A DNA stretch of 64,000 bases from Myxococcota bacterium (GTDB lineage Bacteria > Myxococcota_A > Polyangia > Polyangiales > Houyiibacteriaceae), in contig JBCCHE010000002.1 in assembly GCA_039028875.1 (NCBI GenBank), positions 98,345-162,344 of the forward strand, written 5' to 3'. A program made the translations under genes and the position numbers. Shown one piece after another: positions 1 to 8,862 of the stretch. Under the pieces are notes generated by a model. The model ran no database searches and was not told where the DNA came from. It saw only the letters and a list, made by a program, of their open reading frames with translations. Each line of letters opens with the position of its first letter. The first letter of the stretch is position 1.

Positions 1-289
1 TGCCGAGCAGCATGTAGATGGCCATGAAGAGCGTCCACACATGTGGATGCGGCGAAAAACGCCCGCTCAGCCTCGTGCCCGAGGGCTGGTCAGAGACATC
101 GACGCTGAGGACCGGCGACCAGAAGCTTCGCGACGACTCATGGATCTCGATGACCGCGTGCCGCCGGAAGATTCGGCCCCGGCAAGGGCCCGGATCATCG
201 TCAAGGACGCGCCGAAGCGCCTCGAGCCACTCGGCGCCTTCGATCGGGAGCTTCATCTCGAAACGAGGACGCATCCGGGGTCGCGCCAT
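1..289 (-). CDS. hypothetical protein, 5' part only (the gene runs off the left edge)
   Basis: Not in the ORF track because there is no stop inside the window. Reverse-strand reading from the ATG (complement of 287-289) gives MARPRMRPRFEMKLPIEGAEWLEALRRVLDDDPGPCRGRIFRRHAVIEIHESSRSFWSPVLSVDVSDQPSGTRLSGRFSPHPHVWTLFMAIYMLLG..., with GC-rich third positions. No family recognised. Confidence 0.4.
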   Translation of the reverse strand, partial: MARPRMRPRFEMKLPIEGAEWLEALRRVLDDDPGPCRGRIFRRHAVIEIHESSRSFWSPVLSVDVSDQPSGTRLSGRFSPHPHVWTLFMAIYMLLG

Positions 290-504
290 GGGACGAGGGT
301 AGCCGAGCTTGAGCGCTGCGCGGAATGCAAAGTATTCACGAGCCGATGTGCGCCGTGGAGCGTTCCGGGTCGCTCCGCCCCTTCCGAATGGGGTGTTCGA
401 AGCGCCGGAGGTAGGCCCTGGCGCGACCTGTCTTTTTCTGGGCCCGCTCACAAAAGGCCGCTGGCTTCGGCCGAGATTTCACGGCAGGGTAGCCGTCCTG
501 GCCG

Positions 505-3500
505 ATGACCGCGCAACACGAGGATAGTTCCGAGGGACGCGCGCCCGCGTCACGATCCGACCCGCCGCGACGGTCCCGCAAGGCCCTCCGCGTCGTGCTG
601 GCGGTGATCGTCGGCGTGCTCGGATTGTTCGCGATCGCCTTGCTGGGAGGCCTGTGGGTCTTGGATCACCTCGACCACGGCTGGGTGAAGGGGCCGGTGC
701 AGAACGCGCTTTCTCGCGTCATCGGCACCGACGTGCGCTACGACCGTCTCTCGGTGTCGCCGTCGGATGGCGTGCACGCCGAGGGCTTCGTCATCGCGAC
801 GCCAGATGCGCTACGGCCGTATGCCGAAGAGATGCTCCGCATCGATACCCTCGACGTCCCGATCGAATTCGGAACGCTTCTCGCGGGGGACATCTCGATC
901 CCGAAAGCCACAGCGGGCGCGATCGAGGTCACCGTCGTCATCACTGACGACGGTCGCGACTCCTGGTCCGAACTCATCACGTCCGAGGACGACCCAGCCG
1001 AACCTGCGACCCCGCTCTCCCACAGCCTCGAAGGGCTTCGGGAGACTTCGCTCACCGTCGGCCCGGTTCTGCTTGCGCCCATACGACTCCGCGCTGTCGA
1101 AGTGGCCGTGTCGACGGCCCAAGCGAGCGGCACGACGACATCCTCCGTTGTCGCTCCGGATCGAGGCGCAGTCACCCGAGAAACCCGCTTCGACGGGCTT
1201 GGCGTCGTGTCGACCGGCGTTCAACTCGGTGAAGAACCTAGTGCGTCAGCCGTCGTCGAGGCCCACGACCGCGAACACGCGCTACTGACAGTCTCCGACA
1301 GCACGACCAGCAGCCCGAGGACGGCCCGCATTGCGCCCCGGGTCGAGATCGTGCTCGTTGACGGCGACACGGTGACGCTAAGCGCGGGCGCCGATCTCGG
1401 CGAGCAGTCGCTGTTCCCGGATCTGCAGCAGGTCCGTTCCCTACTCCGGCTCGAGTCGAGAGCGACGTTCGCGGCGACGGAGGATCGCACGGTGGTGAAG
1501 GTCGACAAACTGGAAGCGTTCGATGCCAGGGTCGCGGCCAACGTGACGGCCGTGCTCGACGATGCCGGACCCGCAGACAGCCAGGCCGACCCCCCCGTTG
1601 AAGAGGATGCTTCGCTCCCTTTCTCGAGAGCGAACCTCGACGGCCGCGGCTCCATCGAGATGCCGTCGCTCCCCTGGTCCGTGCCCTGGCTGGAAGTCGA
1701 GAATCTCGAAGGGGAGTTCGAGATCGATGACCTCCAGATCGAGCCCGCGGGCGTGACGGCTGGGACCGCCAACCTCCGCGGGACGGTGCGCAGCGTGCAC
1801 TACGCGACACGGTCGACAACGGCCTCACTCGCTCGCGGCGCGTGGACCGCGCATGTGTCGGCACCCGCGGATCGATCCCAGACCCTCGGTACGCTTTCGC
1901 TCGATGCCTCCGTCGGCCGCATGAAGCTACGCGAGCACCGTGAGTTCTCATGCAACGTCGACGAGGTTGCCACGACGGTACGACTCTCGGACTTCGGAAT
2001 GAACGATGCCGGTCTGTGGGAGCTCCAAGGAACAGGCTCGGTCGCCAGCTCGTTCTCGCGCGGCGCAGTCGCCATGGACGGGCTTTCGGCGCGGTCCAAG
2101 GGGGCGGTCTCGATCGAGGTCGACCTTGCCAAGCACGAAGTCTCTGGGAGCGCGCCCATCAAGAGGCTCTCCCTGAAGGAGGCGCACTCGGATCCCGTCG
2201 AGATCCGTGACGCGAAGATCGACTTCGCGGCTCGAAGGCCAACTGCGTGGACTTCCGGCACAGGGGAGCCGACGATCGACGTCGTCGGATCGGTCGGCCG
2301 AGTCTCCGTGGGAGCCAAACACTTTCGGGCTCCCGAGTGGTCGATCGGAGCCGCGCGAACCGGTCCCCATCGCTACGAAATCCAGGCCTCTGCAACCGCC
2401 GACCAAGTGAACTGGGGCAAGTTCAGGCGCGAACCCCCAAGTCATCTCTCTCTCGAAGCCGAGATCGACACCGTACGCCCCGCGCTCACAGCCGATGCCG
2501 CACTTTCGATCGCCGGTGAAGAGGCCACAGAGATCATGTTGGACGCGTCATACGATGCTCCGATCACGCAGTACGAGCTCACGGCCGTGGGTACCGAGGC
2601 GGGACCGCTCTTGGGTGCCTACTTGTTCGAAGACGGCGGTCATCGCGACGACGAGTTCAGTTTTGCGTTCGAGAGTCGCGGCAGGTTTCGGGGTCTCCTC
2701 TCGAAGAACCGCAGCGGCACATTGGTGGCTTCGACGGATCCTCTTCGCACCATGCGCGGTAATCACCGCTCGACCCTCCGGGTGGCGCGACTCTCCCTCC
2801 TTCGCGGTGGATGGATCCACCAGCTGGGCGATCTGGCGATCGATGCGCGCTCGATCCATGAGTCTGAAGGCCGGGGCGCACTCGAAACGGTCACATCGCT
2901 TGGCGTCGCTCGCTACGGCGACGCGGCCCGCCCCATCGTCTTCCGCGACTACGGCAACACGCTCGAGGTCGCATACGCAGCGCTCCACGGTGCCCCGTCG
3001 TTCTCGATCGCGACCAAGGGATCGCTCGGCAAACTCGATCAGCCGTATGTGAAGCAGTACCCGATCGCCAAGGTTTCCTTTGGCGCCGCGGTTGACGTCG
3101 ATGACACGCAGGTCTTCGCCGTACGTCGCGTGTACTGGACGAACCCTGTGGGTGGCACTCGCTTCGAAGCGCGCGCCTCCTATGAGGGATGGGACGACGC
3201 GGTCCGTGACCCGGAGGTTTGCGAGGAAGGCATCACCGGGTGCCCCCAAGTGCCATCGATGTACGGTCGCGAAGCAGCGATGGTCACCGGAAGCTTTGAA
3301 CAGGACTTCAGTCTTTGGGGCAGCACCGAACGAACCACGAGCGGGGGCTCGCTCACCATGCCTTTCACCGTGGAGTCGGGGGATCTCAATACGTACCGGA
3401 TCCTCGCGACGGCCGAGCTTCGCGACGTCGTCGTCGAGCTACCAGACTACGGGCTTCTCATCGATGGGCTCGACGCGCTCATCCCCATAGACCAGGAATT

Positions 3501-4242
3501 GGCGACCGAACCTCGGGTTTTCGTGGTTCCGACCCGGGCGGCAAACGCCGTGACCCAGAAGCGGTTCTTTGACCTCTCCCCGTTCACCGAACGCGACAGC
3601 TTCCTGACTGCTGAGCGTGTGCAGATCGGCCGTGAATCGATCGGCCCGATCGCAGCCAACCTCCAGGTCATTGGATCTGTGGTGGCCGTCGACCAGTTGC
3701 ACGCCGCGTATCGAGACGGCTTCATCACGGGGCAATTCCTGACGGACCTCAATCGCGACGACCCAGAGGTTGCGTTCCGCGGTCATCTCACCGGAGTGCG
3801 CGTCGAAGATGGCAAAGGAGTCCTCGATGCCAACGTCGCGATGACGTTCGTCCCCACCACCCTCATCGTCGACGGTAAAGCGCAAGTTGTCCGCGTCAGC
3901 AAGGATCACCTCTACGAGATCATCGACGCGATCGATCCGTACCATGAAGACGAAGACCTCAACCGGGTGCGGCTCGGGCTAAAGTTCGGATACCCCAAGT
4001 ACGTTCGTATCCGATTCGACGAAGGACTCATGGACGCCAAGATCGATCTCGGCGGCCTCGCAGGCGCCGTCCGGATCGACGAGATCAAGGGCATCCCGGT
4101 GACGCCCTTCCTCGAACAATACGTGCAACCGTATCTCGAGCGCTTGTTGTCGCCTTCACTGACCTACGAGGACGCCACTGCAGCGAGCGGCAAGACGCCT
4201 CGGATGAGTCAAGCGCCTAGAAACGCAGGGGGTACCCCATGA
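505..4242 (+). CDS. AsmA-like / YdbH-like large envelope protein (1245 aa, N-terminal membrane anchor)
   Basis: ATG at 505. Single N-terminal TM (ALRVVLAVIVGVLGLFAIALLGGLWVL) followed by an AsmA-type start (VKGPVQNALSRVIGTDVRYDRLSVSP...) and a long beta-rich body. Its stop overlaps the start of a DUF1318/YdbL-like gene (ATGA at 4239-4242), mirroring the E. coli ydbH...ydbL context. Confidence 0.7.
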   Translation: MTAQHEDSSEGRAPASRSDPPRRSRKALRVVLAVIVGVLGLFAIALLGGLWVLDHLDHGWVKGPVQNALSRVIGTDVRYDRLSVSPSDGVHAEGFVIATPDALRPYAEEMLRIDTLDVPIEFGTLLAGDISIPKATAGAIEVTVVITDDGRDSWSELITSEDDPAEPATPLSHSLEGLRETSLTVGPVLLAPIRLRAVEVAVSTAQASGTTTSSVVAPDRGAVTRETRFDGLGVVSTGVQLGEEPSASAVVEAHDREHALLTVSDSTTSSPRTARIAPRVEIVLVDGDTVTLSAGADLGEQSLFPDLQQVRSLLRLESRATFAATEDRTVVKVDKLEAFDARVAANVTAVLDDAGPADSQADPPVEEDASLPFSRANLDGRGSIEMPSLPWSVPWLEVENLEGEFEIDDLQIEPAGVTAGTANLRGTVRSVHYATRSTTASLARGAWTAHVSAPADRSQTLGTLSLDASVGRMKLREHREFSCNVDEVATTVRLSDFGMNDAGLWELQGTGSVASSFSRGAVAMDGLSARSKGAVSIEVDLAKHEVSGSAPIKRLSLKEAHSDPVEIRDAKIDFAARRPTAWTSGTGEPTIDVVGSVGRVSVGAKHFRAPEWSIGAARTGPHRYEIQASATADQVNWGKFRREPPSHLSLEAEIDTVRPALTADAALSIAGEEATEIMLDASYDAPITQYELTAVGTEAGPLLGAYLFEDGGHRDDEFSFAFESRGRFRGLLSKNRSGTLVASTDPLRTMRGNHRSTLRVARLSLLRGGWIHQLGDLAIDARSIHESEGRGALETVTSLGVARYGDAARPIVFRDYGNTLEVAYAALHGAPSFSIATKGSLGKLDQPYVKQYPIAKVSFGAAVDVDDTQVFAVRRVYWTNPVGGTRFEARASYEGWDDAVRDPEVCEEGITGCPQVPSMYGREAAMVTGSFEQDFSLWGSTERTTSGGSLTMPFTVESGDLNTYRILATAELRDVVVELPDYGLLIDGLDALIPIDQELATEPRVFVVPTRAANAVTQKRFFDLSPFTERDSFLTAERVQIGRESIGPIAANLQVIGSVVAVDQLHAAYRDGFITGQFLTDLNRDDPEVAFRGHLTGVRVEDGKGVLDANVAMTFVPTTLIVDGKAQVVRVSKDHLYEIIDAIDPYHEDEDLNRVRLGLKFGYPKYVRIRFDEGLMDAKIDLGGLAGAVRIDEIKGIPVTPFLEQYVQPYLERLLSPSLTYEDATAASGKTPRMSQAPRNAGGTP

Positions 4243-4808
4243 ACATGACAGCCCGTCGCTACGCGGTCGCCGCGCTGGGAGTGGCCTTCACCAGTGCGGG
4301 GTTCGGCTGCATCAAGGCGCCACCGATCGCGGTGATGGACAACCGGACGGCGCTCGAGGTCCAGGCGTCAGGCGAGTATCCGGAGCTCGAGTTCCAAAGC
4401 GTGGACGCCTCTCTTCATCCAGGGCCAAGCGCCGTGTCGGGCCAAGAGATCGTCGACAAGGCGGGGCTATCGGCTGCAGGCCACGACCTCGACCTGTTCG
4501 CCGTCTCGCAGAGCGACGCCCAGTTCATCGACACGATGACGATGCGAGGGTGTCTCGGCGAGGGTGAAGACGGCTTGTTGAAGTACACGCCGGACTCGTG
4601 CGACGACGATGTGGAGGTCAGCGAGCTGCTCCGCGCCGCAAGTCGCAACAATCTTCATCGACGGCAAGTGTGGGAGTACCTGGCCTCTCAAGGCCCGGGC
4701 CGCTCGACGACTGCGGCCCGCGATGCGTGGCGCTCGGTCCACCTCGAACAGGTGCGGTGCGGTGCCTGGGTCGAGAACGACGGCGTATGGGCGCAAAAGA
4801 CGTGTTGA
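4239..4808 (+). CDS. lipoprotein with C-terminal YdbL-like (DUF1318) domain
   Basis: Signal peptide plus lipobox (MNMTARRYAVAALGVAFTSAGFGC). The C-terminal half matches the DUF1318 pattern as I remember it: CLGEGEDGLLKY ... ELLRAASRNNLHRRQVWEYLA ... GAWVENDGVWAQK. Start overlaps the upstream stop. Confidence 0.75.
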   Translation: MNMTARRYAVAALGVAFTSAGFGCIKAPPIAVMDNRTALEVQASGEYPELEFQSVDASLHPGPSAVSGQEIVDKAGLSAAGHDLDLFAVSQSDAQFIDTMTMRGCLGEGEDGLLKYTPDSCDDDVEVSELLRAASRNNLHRRQVWEYLASQGPGRSTTAARDAWRSVHLEQVRCGAWVENDGVWAQKTC

Positions 4809-7800
4809 GGCGTGCGAAACGAGCAGTGGGCATCGTTCGGTGGGCCCTGCCGGCCGCGCTCTTTGTCGCAGCCGTGCTACCGGACTTCGCTTCCGCCGAT
4901 CGGGAGGAACCGGGAGCGACAGGAGGCGCGCGTGATCGCCTGACGCCGAGCCTCATCCGGCCGCGGCGTGTCACCATTGGGAGCCACAACCACTTCATGG
5001 GCGTGCTCGGCCCGCGCAGTCGCTACCTCTACTACGTCACGGACGAGTACGACGCATACGACCTCTTCGTTCAGTCTCCGATCAACTCAAACGGAGAAGC
5101 GCTCTTCGAGGCCTTCGGGGATGTGACCTGGCCGGCGATCAGCGCAAACGGCAAAGAGCTCGCCTACATCCGTTACGAAACCGACTCACGGGGGGACGCT
5201 TGCCGTAGGCGGATCCGCGGCAACGGCAAAGTCCGCAACGACCGCGAAGAATGCCACGCCACCGAGGACGCAGACTTGCAGATCTACTGGCGGAACGACG
5301 GACGGTTGGGAGTGCTCACGAGAGAAGAGCTGCACGGAGACCACGTCCTTCTGGATGGCGTGTTCCAACGAGATCCGGAACGGAAGGAAGCGAACGTCAT
5401 CGGGCTAGCCATTTCGCCCGACGAGCGCTGGGTCGCGTACGTGCCCATCGCACGCCTCCGCGACACCATCGGCGTGTCGTTCTCCAACCGGGCGAGCTCC
5501 GAGGGCATGCTTGTCCGCCGCGCAATACCAGGCGCGGAGGAGTTCGGTTACAAGCCCGACTTGCCCGGAATATCGGGCTACCCCGTCTTCTCCCCAGACG
5601 GCCAGCACCTGTACTTCTCGCAGTTTCCGAACGACACAAACCGCGACGGCGTGATCGACGCTGAAGACAATGGGGTCCTTTTCCGGGTTCCGTTCGACGG
5701 TGAGGGGGAGGAACCTCGGTTCGGCCAGCCCCTACAGCTCACGAACGCCGAGTGGAACTGCCACTACCCGTCGGTGCGGGAGAAGGCCATGGCGGTCACG
5801 TGCGCGATCGGCGCCCACCTTCACATCTATCTGCTGCCGCCGAGCGGCACCGTCCCGGTGGACTGGGACCAGTCGCGGATCGCAGCGGAGTCCGATTCCG
5901 TACACGACCGCTGGAGCGAGCTACTGCTTCGGCAGCACCTGCTCGTCGGGGCACCCGACGCCAAGGCGCGAGCCGTTCAACTCAAGGCACTGACGAAGCT
6001 CCATCTCGACCTCCGCGAGTTCGAGGCCGCGATCTACTATGGCGAGCAGCGGGTTGCCCTTTTCGAGACGTTAGGGGAGTCGGACTGGTGGTCCAAGACG
6101 ATGATCCTGCTCGCGAAGCACCGTCGCGCAGACCGAGCACTTACGCGCGGACGCTTCAGCGAGGCGTACATCGAGGACTCGCAGGACTTGGTGGCCGAGG
6201 TCAAGGCCGTCCCTGGCGACGGTTCCCCGGACGCCGAGGCGCTGCGCGCCCTCGTGCTGAGCCGAATCGTGAGCGACCTCGGCGACAAGGCCACCGCGGT
6301 CGCGCTCGCAGACCAAGTCGAGGTTGCCTTGCTTCAAGACGAGGCCGTCCTCGACTTCGCTTTCCAGCAGTTCGACCACTTGTACGGACTGCTCGCAGAC
6401 TACGACAGGCGGCTGGCTCGACTCGAGGAGGTGGCCCTCCACGACGGCTCCTCGGTCACCCAGGCGCTCCGGCACAGCAAGGGCTTCTTGGTCTTGTTGC
6501 AGCGCGGAAGACCCGAAGACGAGCGGCTTGGTCGCCTGGAGACAGCACGCGAGAAGGTGCCCGACGGAACTCGTCTTGCCGCGGCACTCGACGTGGAGAT
6601 CGCCCTCTACCAGCTCACCGAAGACAACGCGAAGCAGGTCGAGTCGGAGCTCGTCAGGCTCTACCAAGCAACCGACAACGTGCACGTACGGCGCTACCTG
6701 ATCGTGAGTGCCCTCCGCGCGTCGAACCGGCAAGGGGTCGAGTCGCTACAGCAGTCCCTGGTGGAGTTGTGGATCCAGGCTGCCGAGGACGACGAGACCC
6801 AGCAGAAGACTTCCACCGCGCTCTACCGACTCGTCGTTCTGGAACGCGCCTACGGTGCGTTCGCCGAAGGTGACCTCGCCACCGCGGCTCGTTACTTCGA
6901 CAAGGCCAGGCAGGCTGCCGATTCGCTTGCCGGACACGTGGGATGGATCGAGACGCAGCTCCGTTTGGGCGCTCCCGACCTGGCCAAACAGAATCCAAGC
7001 GACAGTCAGTCGACTCGGGACTTTGTTGAAGCGTACCTGATGACCCGAGACCTTGGCGCCATCGAGCGCAACCAAGAACTCGACAAGAGAGTCGAGCGTG
7101 CGCGAGAGCTTCTCGAGGCCACCATCGAGGCCGATCCCCACGAGCCCCTTCCGCATTTGCTCCTCGCGTACGCGCTTCATCATCGCGGGGTGCGACGCGG
7201 GGAGCGTGAAGACGTCGCCACGGCGGTTCGTCACTACCTTCTGGCGCTCGACCTCGGACAGAGAAGGCCGCGCGTACTGGCGCCGGCGCACGCTGGGATG
7301 GCCCTCGCCCAGGCATCCCTTGGAAACCACCGACGCGCACTCGAAGACTACGAGGATCGATTCGAGCTCCCGATGGTGTCGCCCGAAGAAGAGATCGGGC
7401 TACTGCTCAACTACGCCCGAAGCCTGTTTCACGTGAACGAGTCCAAAGAGGCCATCGACGCGATCACGAAAGCCCTCACCCGGATGCACGCCACGGCCGA
7501 AGGTCCGGAAGGGGCCGTCGATGAAGCCGCAAGGGCACTCACGCGGTACGAACCGTTGGCACTCGACCGGCTCGCGCTCTATCAACTCGACGCAGGGCGT
7601 ACGCAGCAAGCCTTATCCACGCATTCGGAGCTCCAGCGTTCGATCGAGGCTCATCCTGAGGCCGCTGCGTCGATCAACGACGTCAAGGCCGATGCGCGCT
7701 TGGCGACGGCGTTCTTGATGACCGAAGACCCCGACCAAGCGCTCGGCTCCGTCACGGACGGCAAGCGCCACCTTAAGGAGGCCGACCCGCTCCGACCCGA

Positions 7801-8377
7801 CGATATAGACCGGAGGATCCGGCCAGTGACCTACGAGTTCGTGTACGACGAGGACCATCTGCAGGTCCTGCTAGCCGGTCTCGAGGCCAGCGCGTCTAGA
7901 GAGCTCGAGGACCTCGATCGGGCGATGGAAGCGCTCATCGCTCGCAAAGAGGCGCTCGACCAGCGGTATGACACCGAACGGGCCGACGAAGATCTCCTCG
8001 AGCTCGCCCTCACCTGCCTGCGGCTGGCAGAGATCGTGCTGCGGCAGGGCGACCTGACCCAAACAAAGCTCTACCTCGAAGACGGGCTCGTCTACACCGA
8101 ACAGCACGCGGTGCTCACCGGGAGTGACGTCAGCGAGGTGGGGTTTCACCTCATACGCGCGTACGCTGAACTCCACTTCAACGGTCGAGTAGACCTGGCC
8201 ACGTACCAGCGAGACCTAGAGGCCGAACTCCTCCGCTACTACTTGTTCCTCTCGGAGGTACGAAATCCAGATTGGGAGATCGAGCGAAAACGTTTCGAGA
8301 TCTTTCTCGCGCGCCTCCGACTGGAGAATCCGGTCCCGACCAATGCGTCCTTGGCATCGGCGGACGAAGAAGACTGA
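4787..8377 (+). CDS. secreted TolB-like PD40 beta-propeller + TPR-like helical repeat protein (~1196 aa)
   Basis: The track ORF 4598..8377 is trimmed to the ATG at 4787 (MGAKDVLRRAKRAVGIVRWALPAALFVAAVLPDFASA, a signal peptide). PD40-type repeats are present (ISANGKELAYIRY, ISPDERWVAYVP, FSPDGQHLYFSQ). About 750 aa of alpha-helical TPR-like sequence follows. Overlaps the previous gene by 22 nt. Confidence 0.8.
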   Translation: MGAKDVLRRAKRAVGIVRWALPAALFVAAVLPDFASADREEPGATGGARDRLTPSLIRPRRVTIGSHNHFMGVLGPRSRYLYYVTDEYDAYDLFVQSPINSNGEALFEAFGDVTWPAISANGKELAYIRYETDSRGDACRRRIRGNGKVRNDREECHATEDADLQIYWRNDGRLGVLTREELHGDHVLLDGVFQRDPERKEANVIGLAISPDERWVAYVPIARLRDTIGVSFSNRASSEGMLVRRAIPGAEEFGYKPDLPGISGYPVFSPDGQHLYFSQFPNDTNRDGVIDAEDNGVLFRVPFDGEGEEPRFGQPLQLTNAEWNCHYPSVREKAMAVTCAIGAHLHIYLLPPSGTVPVDWDQSRIAAESDSVHDRWSELLLRQHLLVGAPDAKARAVQLKALTKLHLDLREFEAAIYYGEQRVALFETLGESDWWSKTMILLAKHRRADRALTRGRFSEAYIEDSQDLVAEVKAVPGDGSPDAEALRALVLSRIVSDLGDKATAVALADQVEVALLQDEAVLDFAFQQFDHLYGLLADYDRRLARLEEVALHDGSSVTQALRHSKGFLVLLQRGRPEDERLGRLETAREKVPDGTRLAAALDVEIALYQLTEDNAKQVESELVRLYQATDNVHVRRYLIVSALRASNRQGVESLQQSLVELWIQAAEDDETQQKTSTALYRLVVLERAYGAFAEGDLATAARYFDKARQAADSLAGHVGWIETQLRLGAPDLAKQNPSDSQSTRDFVEAYLMTRDLGAIERNQELDKRVERARELLEATIEADPHEPLPHLLLAYALHHRGVRRGEREDVATAVRHYLLALDLGQRRPRVLAPAHAGMALAQASLGNHRRALEDYEDRFELPMVSPEEEIGLLLNYARSLFHVNESKEAIDAITKALTRMHATAEGPEGAVDEAARALTRYEPLALDRLALYQLDAGRTQQALSTHSELQRSIEAHPEAAASINDVKADARLATAFLMTEDPDQALGSVTDGKRHLKEADPLRPDDIDRRIRPVTYEFVYDEDHLQVLLAGLEASASRELEDLDRAMEALIARKEALDQRYDTERADEDLLELALTCLRLAEIVLRQGDLTQTKLYLEDGLVYTEQHAVLTGSDVSEVGFHLIRAYAELHFNGRVDLATYQRDLEAELLRYYLFLSEVRNPDWEIERKRFEIFLARLRLENPVPTNASLASADEED

Positions 8378-8386
8378 TCCGACCGG

Positions 8387-8593
8387 CTAAAAGAAACAGC
8401 CGAGCTCACACTCGCAGTCACATATCTCGTCGAACGTGCAGACGGCGTCGATCACGTCTCCCTCACAAACCTCGAGGCACTCCTCGAAGCACTCGCCGTC
8501 GTTGACGCACTCGCCGACCACGCACTCTTCCTCGCAGCCGGCGACGATCGCCAAGCCAGCGCTCACGAACAGGACGGCCATCCATCGAATCAT
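8387..8593 (-). CDS. small cysteine-rich, highly acidic lipoprotein (68 aa)
   Basis: MIRWMAVLFVSAGLAIVAGC lipobox, then CEEECVVGECVNDGECFEECLEVCEGDVIDAVCTFDEICDCECELGCFF (11 Cys in 49 residues). GGAGGTGGAG lies directly upstream of the ATG at 8593. The track ORF starts 14 codons earlier. Confidence 0.6.
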   Translation of the reverse strand: MIRWMAVLFVSAGLAIVAGCEEECVVGECVNDGECFEECLEVCEGDVIDAVCTFDEICDCECELGCFF

Positions 8594-8774
8594 CTCCACC
8601 TCCAGCGACCCAGCTATCCACGCAAGGCACGTCACCGTGGTGTGAGGTCGCGTCCACGTTACCTCAGCGATGCGCTTCGGGCGACTTGCGTCGAGGGGAG
8701 CCCACCCACCGAACGAGCCGCTGCTTGCCGGAAGAGAGCTCGAGTGATGTAGCCTACAAAGGTTATAGAAAACC

Positions 8775-8801
8775 GACCTGATCGTGGATTCAGGTCTTTT
8801 T
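8775..8801. terminator. intrinsic-terminator-like hairpin, or an operator palindrome, in an AT-rich island
   Basis: GACCTGA(8775-8781)-N8-TCAGGTC(8790-8796), followed by TTTTT and preceded by GAAAACC. It lies between the divergent genes 8387..8593(-) and 8863..(+). Confidence 0.4.
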
Positions 8802-8862
8802 AATACTCCTTAAGGGCTATTGGAGTGCTAGCCTGGTTCCTATCCCTTCAGGAGCCTTCCAG

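Noticed and set aside
4598-4786. 63-codon N-terminal extension of the track ORF 4598..8377
   Set aside because: It overlaps the DUF1318-like gene in another frame and is Arg-rich. The ATG at 4787 gives a proper signal peptide.
5752-6873. 373-aa Arg/Gly/Pro-rich ORF in an alternative + frame
   Set aside because: It lies inside the PD40/TPR gene in another frame. The extreme Arg content is typical of off-frame translation of GC-rich coding DNA.
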